49,179 nt of DNA from Tolypothrix carrinoi HA7290-LM1 (GCA_019358935.1 JAHHIK010000064.1:1-49179), one strand, 5' to 3'. Counted from the first letter of the stretch, positions 28,732 through 39,943 are shown. Notes: generated by a model not told the origin, from the sequence alone. Program-made: numbers and translations.

Positions 28732-29613
28732 TCATAATTCAACTAAAGCAAAGACCCCTAATTTTTCTTCTAACAAAAACCTTAATACAGACTGAGTAGC
28801 TATAACTAATCCTAATCTGGCTTGAGAAAGCTCTGGTGAGGTAATTTTCACCTCACCCCAAATTCTACAGTTGCACCAAAAGATTTCAAAAGCTTGACTC
28901 AAATTGAGCGCTGCTTTTTCCCAGTTAACCGAACCTGCTTGATCGGGACATTCTAAATCATCTACCACTTGTACTAACTGAGAAATTAGCCGAAAAGAAG
29001 CTGAATGCGAAAAGCGAAGTTTGCTGTAGCAGTTGAGCCAAGGTATCGAAGAAGGAGAAATTACACTCCCAAATAATTTATTAAGTTGAATCAATTTCTC
29101 TTGTTCAGCCAGCCGGATTAACGAGCAGCAGCGAGCATGAGCGTATTGAACTGCAAATAAATGTGAAGAATTTTCGTACTTCGTTTCTCCCCCTGCTCCC
29201 CCTGCTTCCCCTGCTTCCCCTGCTTCCCCTGCTTCCCCTGCTCCCTCTCCCCACCTCCCCTCAACCAGGTGCTGTAACCAAGCAGCTAAAATAGGATCGG
29301 TTAAGACGAAATGAATGTAACCGGGTGGAACAATTTTGATGATAAATTCGTCCCCACAGTTCGCCGATAAATGAGAGGCGATCGCACAAGCAATCTCAAT
29401 TCCTTTACGATTCTGAGATTTTGACAGCTGTAAAGCCACCCCGGATATATATAAAATTCTATTAATATCTCTACTTTTATATAGAGGAATTTTATGATTA
29501 TCTCTCCTAAGTATGGTCTTAGTATTAGTATAAATACTCAACACTGACACCAAATGACTGTAAATTAACTGTTTAATTGCTGTATTATTACTTACTTGTA
29601 GCTTTTTATGCAC
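28732..29613 (-). CDS. DALR anticodon-binding-domain protein (ArgRS N- and C-terminal domains, no catalytic core)
   Basis: PPGYIHF and VQYAHARCCSL..ARLGLV motifs; no HIGH motif; in-frame (GEA)n repeat linker. Confidence 0.75.
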   Translation of the reverse strand: MHKKLQVSNNTAIKQLIYSHLVSVLSIYTNTKTILRRDNHKIPLYKSRDINRILYISGVALQLSKSQNRKGIEIACAIASHLSANCGDEFIIKIVPPGYIHFVLTDPILAAWLQHLVEGRWGEGAGEAGEAGEAGEAGGAGGETKYENSSHLFAVQYAHARCCSLIRLAEQEKLIQLNKLFGSVISPSSIPWLNCYSKLRFSHSASFRLISQLVQVVDDLECPDQAGSVNWEKAALNLSQAFEIFWCNCRIWGEVKITSPELSQARLGLVIATQSVLRFLLEEKLGVFALVEL

Positions 29614-29733
29614 AGATGACTACCATTTCACCCTTAACCGTTCAGATTCTTGCTATTATGTCATCTATCTTTAGACATAACTTTAATCTAGATAGAGAAA
29701 AATGAGAATTGTGCAAAATTTCATTAATAGTAA

Positions 29734-29747
29734 GTAAACTTTACTAC
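29734..29747 (+). promoter_or_regulatory. Candidate NtcA/DevH-type site upstream of devH
   Basis: GTA-AACTTTAC-TAC matches GTA-N8-TAC; the downstream -10 is imperfect. Confidence 0.35.
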
Positions 29748-29913
29748 CATCATAGTACAGTAAGAGTTATAACAAAAGTGTAGAGAGCAAATTGCTTTCT
29801 ATCCTTAAAGATGGCTGGCGCTGTTAGGCGTTAAGCCTACATCACCAACGCAAAGACACTCCTTGCACCTTTTTATGACGTCTTTGTCTTCAGCCGAACG
29901 CTCTTTGTTACCT

Positions 29914-30633
29914 ATGCAATCTCCATCCTCCTTCTCAGAGGCATCACGCCCTTTTTTGACTTGGCAACGAATTATTGATTGGGCTCAAGAACACTATCGC
30001 TGCCGTACCTTTAGCAAAGATGAGCGCATTCCAGCTAGACCTGGATTGCTATATTTGGTGCAAAGGGGTGCGATCCGCATGGTAGGCACCGCCCAGGTTA
30101 GCGCTACTGCAAGTCAGCTAACGTCTCGACGAATCAACAGAACTCCCGAAGAAGCTTTCTTGGGTTTTGTCGGGGCAGGACAGCCATTTGAAATTGTTGC
30201 CCAATCACCATTTACACTCCAGGCTTACGCGCATGTTGACCAAACAGCGGTGCTTTGGATGTACTGGCACGACCTAGACAACTGGCCCCATTTCCGCCGC
30301 GAAGTTATGGATGCCTTTAGGTATCAGCACCAGCGCAAGCTGCTGTGGTTGAGTGCCTTGGGACAACGGCGCACAATTGATCGGCTTTTAGGATTCCTCA
30401 CATTATTGATTGAGGAATATGGCGAGCCGTCAATGAGTGAAACCGACCCCGATGTAATTCGCGGCTATTGTCTGCCGTTCCCCCTCACCCATGCCCAAAT
30501 TGGCAGCGCGATCGGTTCGACTCGTGTCACCGTCACCCGCTTGATGGGTAAGTTGCGTCAGCGCGGTTTAATCCTCACCCAAGGGGATAATCTCATTTGC
30601 TTGCCAGCAGAGTCTATTAATAGAGTCGGCTAA
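29914..30633 (+). CDS. devH: Crp/Fnr-family heterocyst transcriptional regulator DevH
   Basis: 239 aa from ATG 29914, MQSPSSFSEASRPFLTWQR...; HTH LTHAQIGSAIGSTRVTVTRL. Confidence 0.85.
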   Translation: MQSPSSFSEASRPFLTWQRIIDWAQEHYRCRTFSKDERIPARPGLLYLVQRGAIRMVGTAQVSATASQLTSRRINRTPEEAFLGFVGAGQPFEIVAQSPFTLQAYAHVDQTAVLWMYWHDLDNWPHFRREVMDAFRYQHQRKLLWLSALGQRRTIDRLLGFLTLLIEEYGEPSMSETDPDVIRGYCLPFPLTHAQIGSAIGSTRVTVTRLMGKLRQRGLILTQGDNLICLPAESINRVG

Positions 30634-30804
30634 AGCGCACCAAGAGCGCCTACTACCAATAGCAGGGGGAGAGCGAATTTTGACAAACCCAGCCTGGGTA
30701 ATCAGTTCCTGTCCCTGCTCGGTCAGCAGCAAGTTGGCGTAAGCAACACCTGCTTGCTGCTCGATTTGACCATTTTGTTTGACTGACTAGAGGTTAACGA
30801 TTGG

Positions 30805-32217
30805 TTAATTTTTGATTGCAGATTGTGGTATTGGCACAAAGTCATACCCAGTACGAGAACGAGTACCGGGAGCGATTTTTACAAGTTGAACTGGGGCATT
30901 GCGATCGCCTGATGCTAAAAACCGAATCGCACCCGAAGCACCGGTTGCAGAAAAGTTAGACGAGGTAAGTGCTTGCTGTACCCCCTCGCGGTTTGGATTA
31001 AGTTCTATAGCGGCAATCAACGCTTTTGTCGCGTCATATGATAAAGCAGTTCGCCAACTCACATCACCACCCCACAATTGCCGCGACTTTTGAGGAAAGT
31101 CTGAAGAAAGATTGCCGTCAATATGCCAGGGAACCGCTACTACCATTCCTACAGCTTTTTCACGCCCAAGTTCTAAAGTTTTCAGCATGTAAACATCATC
31201 TCCCCCCAGCAAAGCTAACCGTTTCTCGTTAACTTGAATTACTTGCAACGCTTTGTCGAGAGTATTACTGTTAGAAGCTAACATCAAAACTTCTGCACCT
31301 TGCTTAATGGCTTGTTCTACACTTCTAGGCGCACTAAAATTTGCTTGGGACAAGTCAAATTCATTCGATACTTGTCCACCTTCTAAAGACACAGATGAGA
31401 CAAACTCAGATTTGAGCGATTGGCTGTAGTTACTTTGGGAATTGAAAAAAACCGCTGCATTTTTTTTCTGTAACTTGTTCACCATGTAGTTGGCTAAACT
31501 TCTGGCAGCGATAAAATCACTGGGAACTGTGCGAAAAACGTAAGGACTCAAGTTAGAAATCTTAACAGAAGTACTCGTGGGAGTGATGGCTACAAGTTTT
31601 CCGGAAGTATAAACAGTGCCTGCGGCTAAAGTTGCATCGCTGGTATTAGGACCAATTACACCTAATACTTCTTGATTTTTGACTAAGGTTGTGGCGATTT
31701 GCTTGGATATTTCCGGATTATCATCATCGTTGGCTATCCCTACCTTCAACCTCACTCCCTTAATGCCTCCAGAGGCATTTATTTCATTTTGAGCCTGAGC
31801 GATACCGCGTAAAATTTCTAAAGAGGTATTTGGATCGTTACCAATAGGCAAAGATGTTGCAATTGTGTAGTTTTTTGCCGAGCCAATCCGGGCATTATTA
31901 AGAAATATCAGCGCTTCTGGATCGTTAGGTTTTTGTTTTAAAGCTGCTGTCAAAGGAGCGATCGCTTTTTCATAACTTCCCCGTGCGATCGCTTCTACAC
32001 CTTCTTTTTTAGCTGGGGCTACTTCCCCTGCAATTAAAGTTTTTTCCCCAAAACTAATTCGGTCTTTAATTGATTCTTGATTATTTGACTGCGAATTACG
32101 ATTAAGTTGATTTTGTGATATAATATTGTCTTTAAATAACCAAAAACCACCGCCGACAACTCCCAATGTAATTAACAAAGCCAAAACAAGAACAGTAGTT
32201 TCGTTCTTTTGGGACAT
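30805..32217 (-). CDS. Membrane-anchored branched-chain amino acid-type solute-binding protein
   Basis: N-terminal TM, TPR-like segment, RGIAQAQNEINASGGI, YVFRTVPSD, YDAT. Confidence 0.85.
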   Translation of the reverse strand: MSQKNETTVLVLALLITLGVVGGGFWLFKDNIISQNQLNRNSQSNNQESIKDRISFGEKTLIAGEVAPAKKEGVEAIARGSYEKAIAPLTAALKQKPNDPEALIFLNNARIGSAKNYTIATSLPIGNDPNTSLEILRGIAQAQNEINASGGIKGVRLKVGIANDDDNPEISKQIATTLVKNQEVLGVIGPNTSDATLAAGTVYTSGKLVAITPTSTSVKISNLSPYVFRTVPSDFIAARSLANYMVNKLQKKNAAVFFNSQSNYSQSLKSEFVSSVSLEGGQVSNEFDLSQANFSAPRSVEQAIKQGAEVLMLASNSNTLDKALQVIQVNEKRLALLGGDDVYMLKTLELGREKAVGMVVAVPWHIDGNLSSDFPQKSRQLWGGDVSWRTALSYDATKALIAAIELNPNREGVQQALTSSNFSATGASGAIRFLASGDRNAPVQLVKIAPGTRSRTGYDFVPIPQSAIKN

Positions 32218-32245
32218 AAAATTTTTTTAAAGTAGTTAACTGTAT

Positions 32246-33649
32246 TTAAAATATCAGAGATAATAATTTATATATCAAACGAAATATTGCTGTAACTGCA
32301 ATCGCAACTAACCCGGCTGCAACTGATAAAATTACTACTTGCTGAGAACTTAGACCAGCATGGAAAGAGGGTACAAAATAGATAATAGCAAAAGTAATTC
32401 CACCAATAATTAACAAATCAAGCTTTTCAATCCATCGTCGTGTTTGGGCAAAAATCAGTATTCCTAAAATTACGGCGGAAACAGCTAGAGTAATTATTGG
32501 CGATTTGAGTAGACTTAAAAGAGCGATCGCTATCAATGCACCCTCAAATCCACTAAACGCTGCACTACTCAACAACTCGATTGTCGAAAATGCTGGTTTT
32601 GCTGGTGGTGGGGGAACAATCGGTGCTTGTGGTGGTTGCGTTTGCGACGATAACTTTGGTACAGTTGCTTTTGAGGTACGCAGTTGTGTAGGGGGTATAG
32701 AAAGTGAATCTAACGCCGAAAGAACCTCTTGTGCTGACTGAAAGCGTTGATTTGCGGCTGGCAATAGCATTCTATCTAAAATATCAGCCAAGCCGGAATT
32801 GATAGATACAAGCGATCGCCATTTCCACTGGTTGCTATAACCATCAAATAGCTGATTTGCTTCCTTCTTTGTGAGTAAGGTCAGAATTGTTACAGCTAAA
32901 GCATATAAATCTGTAGAGGGATATACTTGACCTCCAGACATTTGTTCGGGAGGTGCAAATCCCATAGAATATATTCCGGTAGAACCACCAAACCCAGTTG
33001 GGGCATTTGTTACTTGCTTAACTGCGCCAAAATCTAGCAAGTATAATTTGCCGTGGCGATCGCGCATAATATTAGAGGGTTTGATATCCCTATGGATAAT
33101 GCCTTCATTATGGACAAACTTTAGCACTTTGAGAATTTCTCGCAGCACTTCTAAGGCTTCTTCTTCAGTGAATTGATAACTTTTCGCTAATTCTTCCTCT
33201 AAATTTTGTCCATCAATATATTCTTGTACCAGATAAAAAAATTGTTCTTGCTGTTCTGATTGCCAGCTTTTAACTGTTATTTCAAAATAAGCAAATAAGT
33301 CAGGAATTTGCTCGCTTTGGTTGCCGATTTGCGCTAAAACATCTGCTTCTCGTTCAAACAACTGTTGTGCTAGTTGCAGTTGAATGGAAGTTAAATTGCC
33401 CGCAGGTTGGAATTGCTTAACTACACATTGACGCATACCGGGAATTCGGCGATCGCGTGCCAAAAAAGCGGCTCCAAACCCCCCTCTACCCAGCAACTTC
33501 AGCGGTACATATCGTCCATCCAGTAACAGCGGCATTCCACAATTAGTGCAGTATTTTTGCTGTACTGTTTTCAAAGTTGTGTTATCGTCTAAATCCGTAA
33601 AATAATTTTGTGGGCGAGGGCAGCGTGGACGAGTGCAGTAAACTTCCAT
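32246..33649 (-). CDS. Ser/Thr protein kinase with N-terminal 4-Cys domain and C-terminal TM helices
   Basis: YCTRPRC...CTNCG; GRGGFG, HRDIKPSN, DFG, APPE; likely start ATG 33649. Confidence 0.92.
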   Translation of the reverse strand: MEVYCTRPRCPRPQNYFTDLDDNTTLKTVQQKYCTNCGMPLLLDGRYVPLKLLGRGGFGAAFLARDRRIPGMRQCVVKQFQPAGNLTSIQLQLAQQLFEREADVLAQIGNQSEQIPDLFAYFEITVKSWQSEQQEQFFYLVQEYIDGQNLEEELAKSYQFTEEEALEVLREILKVLKFVHNEGIIHRDIKPSNIMRDRHGKLYLLDFGAVKQVTNAPTGFGGSTGIYSMGFAPPEQMSGGQVYPSTDLYALAVTILTLLTKKEANQLFDGYSNQWKWRSLVSINSGLADILDRMLLPAANQRFQSAQEVLSALDSLSIPPTQLRTSKATVPKLSSQTQPPQAPIVPPPPAKPAFSTIELLSSAAFSGFEGALIAIALLSLLKSPIITLAVSAVILGILIFAQTRRWIEKLDLLIIGGITFAIIYFVPSFHAGLSSQQVVILSVAAGLVAIAVTAIFRLIYKLLSLIF

Positions 33650-33919
33650 TTTTTTGGTTTGTTGTCCGAGGTCCTTTGACAATAGTCCGAAGTCAAAAGT
33701 CAAAAGTTTTTTATTAGTGAATATTTACTTTTAAAAGGACACGGAAATTGCGGTGGAAATCATCCACCTACTAACGGTTGCGCCACTACCTTTAGATAGA
33801 TTTTGCTCCAAGCGGATTTTCACAAAACGCATCTACATCAGTGTCCTAGTTTTGACTCTTGACCGTTGAATGAGTGACTCTTGACCCTTGAATGAGTGAC
33901 TATTGACAAAATCTTAGCT

Positions 33920-34924
33920 TTAATCAGAGCTTGGCATCGCTACATCTAATGTAGTTACGACGATGTTTTTTGGTGATGATTTTAACACATCTTGATTCCA
34001 TCCAGGGGTAGCGAACTCAGGCAAAATTTCTCGGCTAAAGGCTTCAGCCGCCTTGGATCTGTACCGATTGGGATTAAAAATTAACCACAGTGTACGCTTG
34101 ACAACAACGCCTTCAATTGGAGCGCGGTGTAGGACACCCATTTGTAATTCTTTAGCGATCGCACTAGTAGAAACAAAGGCAGCCCCCAAGCCAGATTGCA
34201 CGGCATTTTTAATTGCTTCTATGGAATTGAGTTCCATTTCAAATTTAAAACGCCTTGCATCAATATCGTTGCGTGCTAGCACTTGGTCGATTACCTTGCG
34301 AATAGTAGATTGAGAATCGAGAGCAATGAATTGTAATTTATATAGGTCTTCTTTTTGAATCACCTCTAGTTTGGCAAAAGGATGCAAAACAGGTAAAATC
34401 AGCGCTAGCTCATCCTCGGCGTAAGGAATAATTTCCAAAGATTCTGCCAGTTCGCCCGGAATCTCGCCGCCGATGATTGCCAAATCTACCTGTCCGTTTG
34501 CGACACTCCAGGCAGTCCGACGGGTAGAGTGGACATGCAATTGCACCGCCACATCTGAATATTTTTGTCGGAACATGCCAATCATTCTCGGCAACAGATA
34601 AGTGCCAGTAGTTTGAGAAGCACCCACAATTAAAGTTCCGCCTTGGAGATTTTGTAAATCCTCGATAGCGCGGCAAGTTTCTTGACATAGGGTGAGAATT
34701 TTTTCACCGTAACTCAGAAGTAAGTGCCCCGCCTCGGTTAATTGTGCGCGACGTCCTCCACGGTCGAATAAAGGTACATCTAGTTGCCGTTCTAGGTTTT
34801 GAACTTGTAAACTCACAGCGGGCTGAGAGACGTAGAGGCTATCAGCGGCACGCTTAAAGCTTCCTTCGACGGCGATCGCTTTGAGAATACGCAATTGATC
34901 TAAAGTGAAAGGAAGGTCAGACAT
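33920..34924 (-). CDS. ycf30: LysR-family regulator, Ycf30/RbcR type
   Basis: [37 protein letters not shown]-terminus characteristic of Ycf30. Confidence 0.8.
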   Translation of the reverse strand: MSDLPFTLDQLRILKAIAVEGSFKRAADSLYVSQPAVSLQVQNLERQLDVPLFDRGGRRAQLTEAGHLLLSYGEKILTLCQETCRAIEDLQNLQGGTLIVGASQTTGTYLLPRMIGMFRQKYSDVAVQLHVHSTRRTAWSVANGQVDLAIIGGEIPGELAESLEIIPYAEDELALILPVLHPFAKLEVIQKEDLYKLQFIALDSQSTIRKVIDQVLARNDIDARRFKFEMELNSIEAIKNAVQSGLGAAFVSTSAIAKELQMGVLHRAPIEGVVVKRTLWLIFNPNRYRSKAAEAFSREILPEFATPGWNQDVLKSSPKNIVVTTLDVAMPSSD

Positions 34925-35136
34925 AAGGCTAAACCCACAAAACGCATGAGCATGAGCAGCAGTTGCAACAAAAAACTAGCATTTTACCAAAAAACGGCGA
35001 ATGCAATTTATTGCATCTTAAACTTTGAGCTTTAATCGAAAAAGACAGTAGCACAACATCTTGACGAAAGTCCCCTTTTGAATACTTTGTGGTATTGGTT
35101 GTACTTAATGGGCGTTTTCTTTAAATTACTTCACCT

Positions 35137-35865
35137 GTGTATATGATGTTGAGCAATTGGTTAACCAACAGTCATTTTGTCATGTTGGGGTTACAACTAG
35201 TTTTTGCGATCGCCCACAGTGGAGGAGCTGCCTTGCGTCCGTTTGCCGAAAAACAAATTGGACCAAGGCTCTATCGCGTTTTTTTCGCGTTACTCAGCCT
35301 GCCTTTAGCTGTAATCTTAATCGTTTACTTTATTAACCACCGTTATGATGGCTGGCAACTTTGGCAAGTCCAAGGTGTGCCGGGAGTAAAAACAGTAGTT
35401 TGGGTGCTTTCAGCGATTTCGTTTTTGTTTTTGTATCCGGCTACATTCAATCTACTAGAAATTGCTGCTATTCAAAAGCCCTCCGTCCACCTCTACGAAA
35501 CGGGCATTATTCGGATTACTCGTCATCCGCAGATGGTGGGGCAGATAATTTGGTGTGTCGCTCATACCCTTTGGCTCGGTACCAGCTTTACTCTTGTTAC
35601 TTCGGTGGGGTTAGTGCTGCATCACTTATTTGGAGTTTGGCATGGCGATCGCCGTTTAGCATCGCGTTACGGCGAAGCCTTTGAAATAGTCAAACAGCGA
35701 ACTTCAATTATTCCTTTTCTAGCTGTTAAAGATCGCCGTCAATCTCTTAAATGGCAAGAATTTCTCCGCCCCGCTTACCTGGGAGTCGCTGCTTTTATCG
35801 CTCTACTTTGGTGGTCACACCCCCTATTGATTCAGGCGAGTAGTAAGGTACAATGGTTATTTTAG
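35137..35865 (+). CDS. NnrU-family membrane protein, probable zeta-carotene isomerase (Z-ISO)
   Basis: HSGGAALR, YFINHRYDG, ETGIIRITRHPQMVGQ and HGDRRL motifs. Confidence 0.8.
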   Translation: MYMMLSNWLTNSHFVMLGLQLVFAIAHSGGAALRPFAEKQIGPRLYRVFFALLSLPLAVILIVYFINHRYDGWQLWQVQGVPGVKTVVWVLSAISFLFLYPATFNLLEIAAIQKPSVHLYETGIIRITRHPQMVGQIIWCVAHTLWLGTSFTLVTSVGLVLHHLFGVWHGDRRLASRYGEAFEIVKQRTSIIPFLAVKDRRQSLKWQEFLRPAYLGVAAFIALLWWSHPLLIQASSKVQWLF

Positions 35866-36093
35866 GTAGACCCCAATAGCAATAGCCAGCAATTGAAAGT
35901 AAATAGATGAAGATTTCATCTTCTCAATTGCTACCCAATTCCCTGTAGGATTGGTTAAAACAGCTGTCAGTGGGGGACGCGATGAGATGAGCGAGATTTG
36001 AGATTGGTAATTGCAAGTCTTTTACCAAAGTAAAAACTAGATGACAAAACAGTTTAAAATCTCTCCCCAGAGGCAGTCAGGAGTTGAAAATCT

Positions 36094-36130
36094 AAAAAAG
36101 CCACCGTGAGAGCTTCGCGCTGGCTTTTTT
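36094..36130. terminator. Bidirectional intrinsic terminator-like hairpin
   Basis: AAAAAAGCCA...TGGCTTTTTT. Confidence 0.55.
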
Positions 36131-36270
36131 ATCAGCGCAAAATAAACGCGCTTGTTTTTCGCATAATTATTTGTGCTCTGGAACAGTCTATTTGCAGAAC
36201 CGTATTGAAGCGCCAAATCTTTCTGCTGATGGCTAGTTTGATATAAAAACCCTGTAATTTTAGAGGCATC

Positions 36271-36657
36271 ATGGTGTTGTTGGTCAGTGAGCGGACATTT
36301 AATCAAGAAGTTTTAGAATCTCCAATTCCTGTTTTAGTGAATTTTGAAGCGCCTTGGTGCGGCTTATGTCGTATAATCCAGCCGCTGTTGTTGCAGTTTA
36401 AAACTCAATGTGGTGAGGAAATAAAATTGGTTGGAGTTAACGCCGATCAAAATTTCAAACTTTCTACCACTTATCGGCTAAAATCACTGCCAACTTTACT
36501 GTTGATTGAAAATGGTATCGTCCGGGAACGTCTAGACTGTTTTCGTGGACGAGAGGATTTACGCCAAGCGCTAGAAGAAATCAAAGTCAACTATACTAAT
36601 CGCCCTAAGACATACAGCACCGCAAAAACAGCCGATTTAGGCTGTCGGACGGCATAG
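36271..36657 (+). CDS. trxC: Atypical cyanobacterial thioredoxin TrxC
   Basis: Active site WCGLC in a thioredoxin fold. Confidence 0.8.
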   Translation: MVLLVSERTFNQEVLESPIPVLVNFEAPWCGLCRIIQPLLLQFKTQCGEEIKLVGVNADQNFKLSTTYRLKSLPTLLLIENGIVRERLDCFRGREDLRQALEEIKVNYTNRPKTYSTAKTADLGCRTA

Positions 36658-36805
36658 GGGCTGGGGACTGGGGACTGGGGACAAGGAGGACAAGGAGGAC
36701 AAGGAGGACAAGGAGGACAAGATAAATTTTTTTCTCCCTTGTCTCCCTTGTCTCCCCATCCCCCCCTCTCCCCACCCCCCCCTCTCCCCATTCCCAATTC
36801 CCCAA
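36657..36805. repeat. STRR/nonamer repeats (GGGGACT, GGACAAGGA, C-rich)
   Basis: Direct inspection. Confidence 0.85.
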
Positions 36806-36963
36806 ATCTAAAACCATGCTTAATTACCTCACCTAACAACCGTCGGGTGGGGTATTTTATGCTAAAAGGTGTGTGTCACAATTATTAACAGTTGCGACCT
36901 GGACAGATGCCTTTGGGCAAAACTGTCAAACGCGAACGTGAAGAATTATAAATGTAGGCGTCA

Positions 36964-39048
36964 GTGATGGAAGTTATCTATCAGTATGCCTGGCTGATTC
37001 CGGTATTACCTCTTTTAGGGGCGATGCTGGTCGGTCTAGGGTTAATCTCGATGAATCAGGTGACAAACGCAGCCAGAAAGCTAAACGCGGCGTTCATTAT
37101 TTCCCTGGTGGGGATAGCAATGGGGCTGTCGTTTGCCTTGCTGTGGAGTCAACTTCAAGGACACGCGCCTTATATCCGCACGATAGAATGGGCGGCAGCA
37201 GGCAATTTTCACCTGAACATGGGCTACACTATTGACCACCTAACAGCCCTGATGCTGGTGATTGTGACAACGGTAGCCTTCTTGGTGATGGTGTACACCG
37301 ATGGCTACATGGCTCACGACCCAGGATATGTAAGGTTTTACGCTTATCTCAGCTTGTTTGGCTCTTCAATGCTGGGTTTGGTGGTCAGCCCCAACTTAGT
37401 ACAGATTTATATATTCTGGGAACTAGTCGGGATGTGTTCTTACTTGCTGGTCGGGTTTTGGTACGATCGCAAGTCAGCAGCAGATGCAGCTCAAAAAGCA
37501 TTTGTCACCAACCGCGTAGGTGACTTTGGTTTGCTGTTGGGTATGTTAGGGCTTTTTTGGGCGACAGGAAGCTTTGATTTTCAGGTGATGGGCGATCGCC
37601 TCGCACAACTTGTACAATCAGGTTCGATCAGCAATGCCCTCGCCATTCTGTTTGCGATTTTAGTATTCTTGGGTCCGGTAGCCAAATCAGCCCAATTCCC
37701 TCTGCATGTGTGGCTACCCGACGCGATGGAAGGTCCCACCCCCATTTCTGCCTTAATCCACGCAGCAACAATGGTAGCGGCGGGTGTTTTCCTCATCGCC
37801 CGGATGTACCCAGTTTTTGAACACGTCCCAGCGGCAATGAACGTCATCGCCTATACTGGGGCATTCACCGCCTTTTTGGGGGCGACAATTGCCATAACCC
37901 AAAACGACATCAAAAAGGGTTTAGCTTACTCTACCATCTCCCAACTCGGTTACATGGTGATGGCGATGGGAGTAGGCGCTTACTCTGCCGGACTTTTCCA
38001 CCTGATGACTCACGCCTACTTCAAGGCGATGCTGTTCTTAGGTTCTGGTTCAGTGATTCACGGGATGGAAGGTGTCGTTGGTCATGACCCAGTTTTGGCG
38101 CAGGATATGCGCTTGATGGGGGGACTGCGGAAGTACATGCCATATACCGCAATTACCTTCTTTATCGGTTGCTTGGCAATTTCCGGTATCCCACCTTTTG
38201 CAGGTTTCTGGTCAAAAGATGAAATTTTGGGACAAGCTTTTCAAGCTAGCCCATTTCTTTGGTTTGTCGGCTGGTTAACTGCCGGCATTACTGCTTTTTA
38301 CATGTTTAGAATGTATTTCTCGACATTTGAAGGCAGCTTTAGAGGCAATGACCAGAAAATCAAGCAAAAACTGAAGAAAGCAGCCACAATCGTTTTGGAA
38401 TTAGAGACAGAAGAGGCAGCAACCCCGGTTTTTGGTCCAGGAGCGATGAAACATGGCGAACTAGAAGCACATGACTCCCACGGACATCATAGTGATTCTC
38501 CCCACGAATCGCCGTGGACAATGACTTTGCCTTTAGTGGTGTTAGCGATTCCTTCGATGTTGATTGGTTTGGTGGGAACACCTTACGCCAACTACTTTGA
38601 GGAATTTATCTTTCCTCCCAGCGAAACCCTCGCCGAAGTGATGGAAAAATCCGCCGAGTTCAACCCGACGGAATTTTACATTATGGCGGGAAATTCAGTG
38701 GGAATCGCTTTGATTGGAATTACATTGGCATCTTTTATGTATCTGTGGCGCAAGATTGATGCTAGTGCGATCGCCGAAAAAATCAAACCGCTTTACGAGC
38801 TATCTCTTAACAAGTGGTACTTTGATGACATTTACCATCGCGTCTTTGTCCTCGGCTTGCGTCGCGTAGCCAGACAAGTCATGGAAGTTGACTTCCGCGT
38901 AGTCGATGGTGCTGTTAACTTGACAGGCTTTTTCACCCTAGTTAGTGGTGAAGGTTTGAAATACTTAGAAAACGGTCGCGCTCAATTCTATGCCTTGATT
39001 GTGTTTGGGGCGGTTTTGGGCTTAGTGATTGTTTTTGGTGTCACTTAA
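36964..39048 (+). CDS. ndhF1: NAD(P)H-quinone oxidoreductase subunit 5 (NdhF1)
   Basis: AKSAQFPLHVWLPDAMEGPTPISALIHAATM; HLMTHAYFKA. Confidence 0.95.
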   Translation: MMEVIYQYAWLIPVLPLLGAMLVGLGLISMNQVTNAARKLNAAFIISLVGIAMGLSFALLWSQLQGHAPYIRTIEWAAAGNFHLNMGYTIDHLTALMLVIVTTVAFLVMVYTDGYMAHDPGYVRFYAYLSLFGSSMLGLVVSPNLVQIYIFWELVGMCSYLLVGFWYDRKSAADAAQKAFVTNRVGDFGLLLGMLGLFWATGSFDFQVMGDRLAQLVQSGSISNALAILFAILVFLGPVAKSAQFPLHVWLPDAMEGPTPISALIHAATMVAAGVFLIARMYPVFEHVPAAMNVIAYTGAFTAFLGATIAITQNDIKKGLAYSTISQLGYMVMAMGVGAYSAGLFHLMTHAYFKAMLFLGSGSVIHGMEGVVGHDPVLAQDMRLMGGLRKYMPYTAITFFIGCLAISGIPPFAGFWSKDEILGQAFQASPFLWFVGWLTAGITAFYMFRMYFSTFEGSFRGNDQKIKQKLKKAATIVLELETEEAATPVFGPGAMKHGELEAHDSHGHHSDSPHESPWTMTLPLVVLAIPSMLIGLVGTPYANYFEEFIFPPSETLAEVMEKSAEFNPTEFYIMAGNSVGIALIGITLASFMYLWRKIDASAIAEKIKPLYELSLNKWYFDDIYHRVFVLGLRRVARQVMEVDFRVVDGAVNLTGFFTLVSGEGLKYLENGRAQFYALIVFGAVLGLVIVFGVT

Positions 39049-39055
39049 TTTCTGT

Positions 39056-39084
39056 AGGGGTGGGCGGTTGTCCGCCCCTGCTTT
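39056..39084 (+). terminator. Hairpin directly after ndhF1
   Basis: AGGGGTGGGC-GGTT-GTCCGCCCCT followed by a short T run. Confidence 0.45.
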
Positions 39085-39247
39085 ATGTGTAAATAGTTTT
39101 GCCTAACTACTTACCTATCTATCCTGAGATTTGCAGGATTTTTGACTCATGCAAATCTCTTTCTCAACAATTTACCCGGTTGCTTACCTTCTCACTAATG
39201 GCCATTGTGTAGTAAATTTAGTGAGTTGTAATGAAAAAGAATCATTT

Positions 39248-39754
39248 ATGTTGTGTATCAAAACAGAAGTAAAAGAGTCCAGCATACCTAATGCCGGAAA
39301 GGGATTATTTAGTTTACAATTTGCTCCCAAAGGAAGTATAGTTTACATCCAAACAACAGACTTTACTAACGACAAAGTAGTTTTGGAAGAACAGTATCGA
39401 GAAGTTTTGATAACAGCAGATGAATTTCCTGTGAATGCTGGTATGAGATGGGGGGGAGATTACTATGTATACTCTAGTAAAAACGCAATTAATATAGATT
39501 ATATTAATCATGCTAGTAACCCTAATCTTTTGTCATGTCTTGGTTTCTTTTTTGCTCTGCGCGATATCCATTATGGAGATGAATTAACGATAGATTACAG
39601 GTACATTGGCGTGACTGGACAGGAGGAATTAATAACTAGCCAGGAGAACATTATTGGTTTATCTGCTAAGGAAGCCTTATTAAAAACAGCCCAAAATTTA
39701 ATTGACCTTTTAAATGAAGTCGAAGAAATTCATTGTTTTCATTTACCTAGTTAA
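39248..39754 (+). CDS. SET-domain protein (putative SAM-dependent methyltransferase)
   Basis: SSIPNAGKGLF, YINHASNPN and RDIHYGDELTIDY SET motifs; likely start ATG 39248. Confidence 0.85.
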   Translation: MLCIKTEVKESSIPNAGKGLFSLQFAPKGSIVYIQTTDFTNDKVVLEEQYREVLITADEFPVNAGMRWGGDYYVYSSKNAINIDYINHASNPNLLSCLGFFFALRDIHYGDELTIDYRYIGVTGQEELITSQENIIGLSAKEALLKTAQNLIDLLNEVEEIHCFHLPS

Positions 39755-39943
39755 TCTGATTAAGTTAGAGGATGTTTGAAAAGTATTGTTATTAACATCA
39801 AACGTCCACAAACCTAACCCCCCTAGCCCCCTAGCCCCCCTTTCCTTATTACACATTTGTATGTTAATTTTTGTATGAAAATACAACATTTCTGCGTTAT
39901 ACTTAAGTATGCAAGACCGTAAAATAACAAACATAACCAATTT

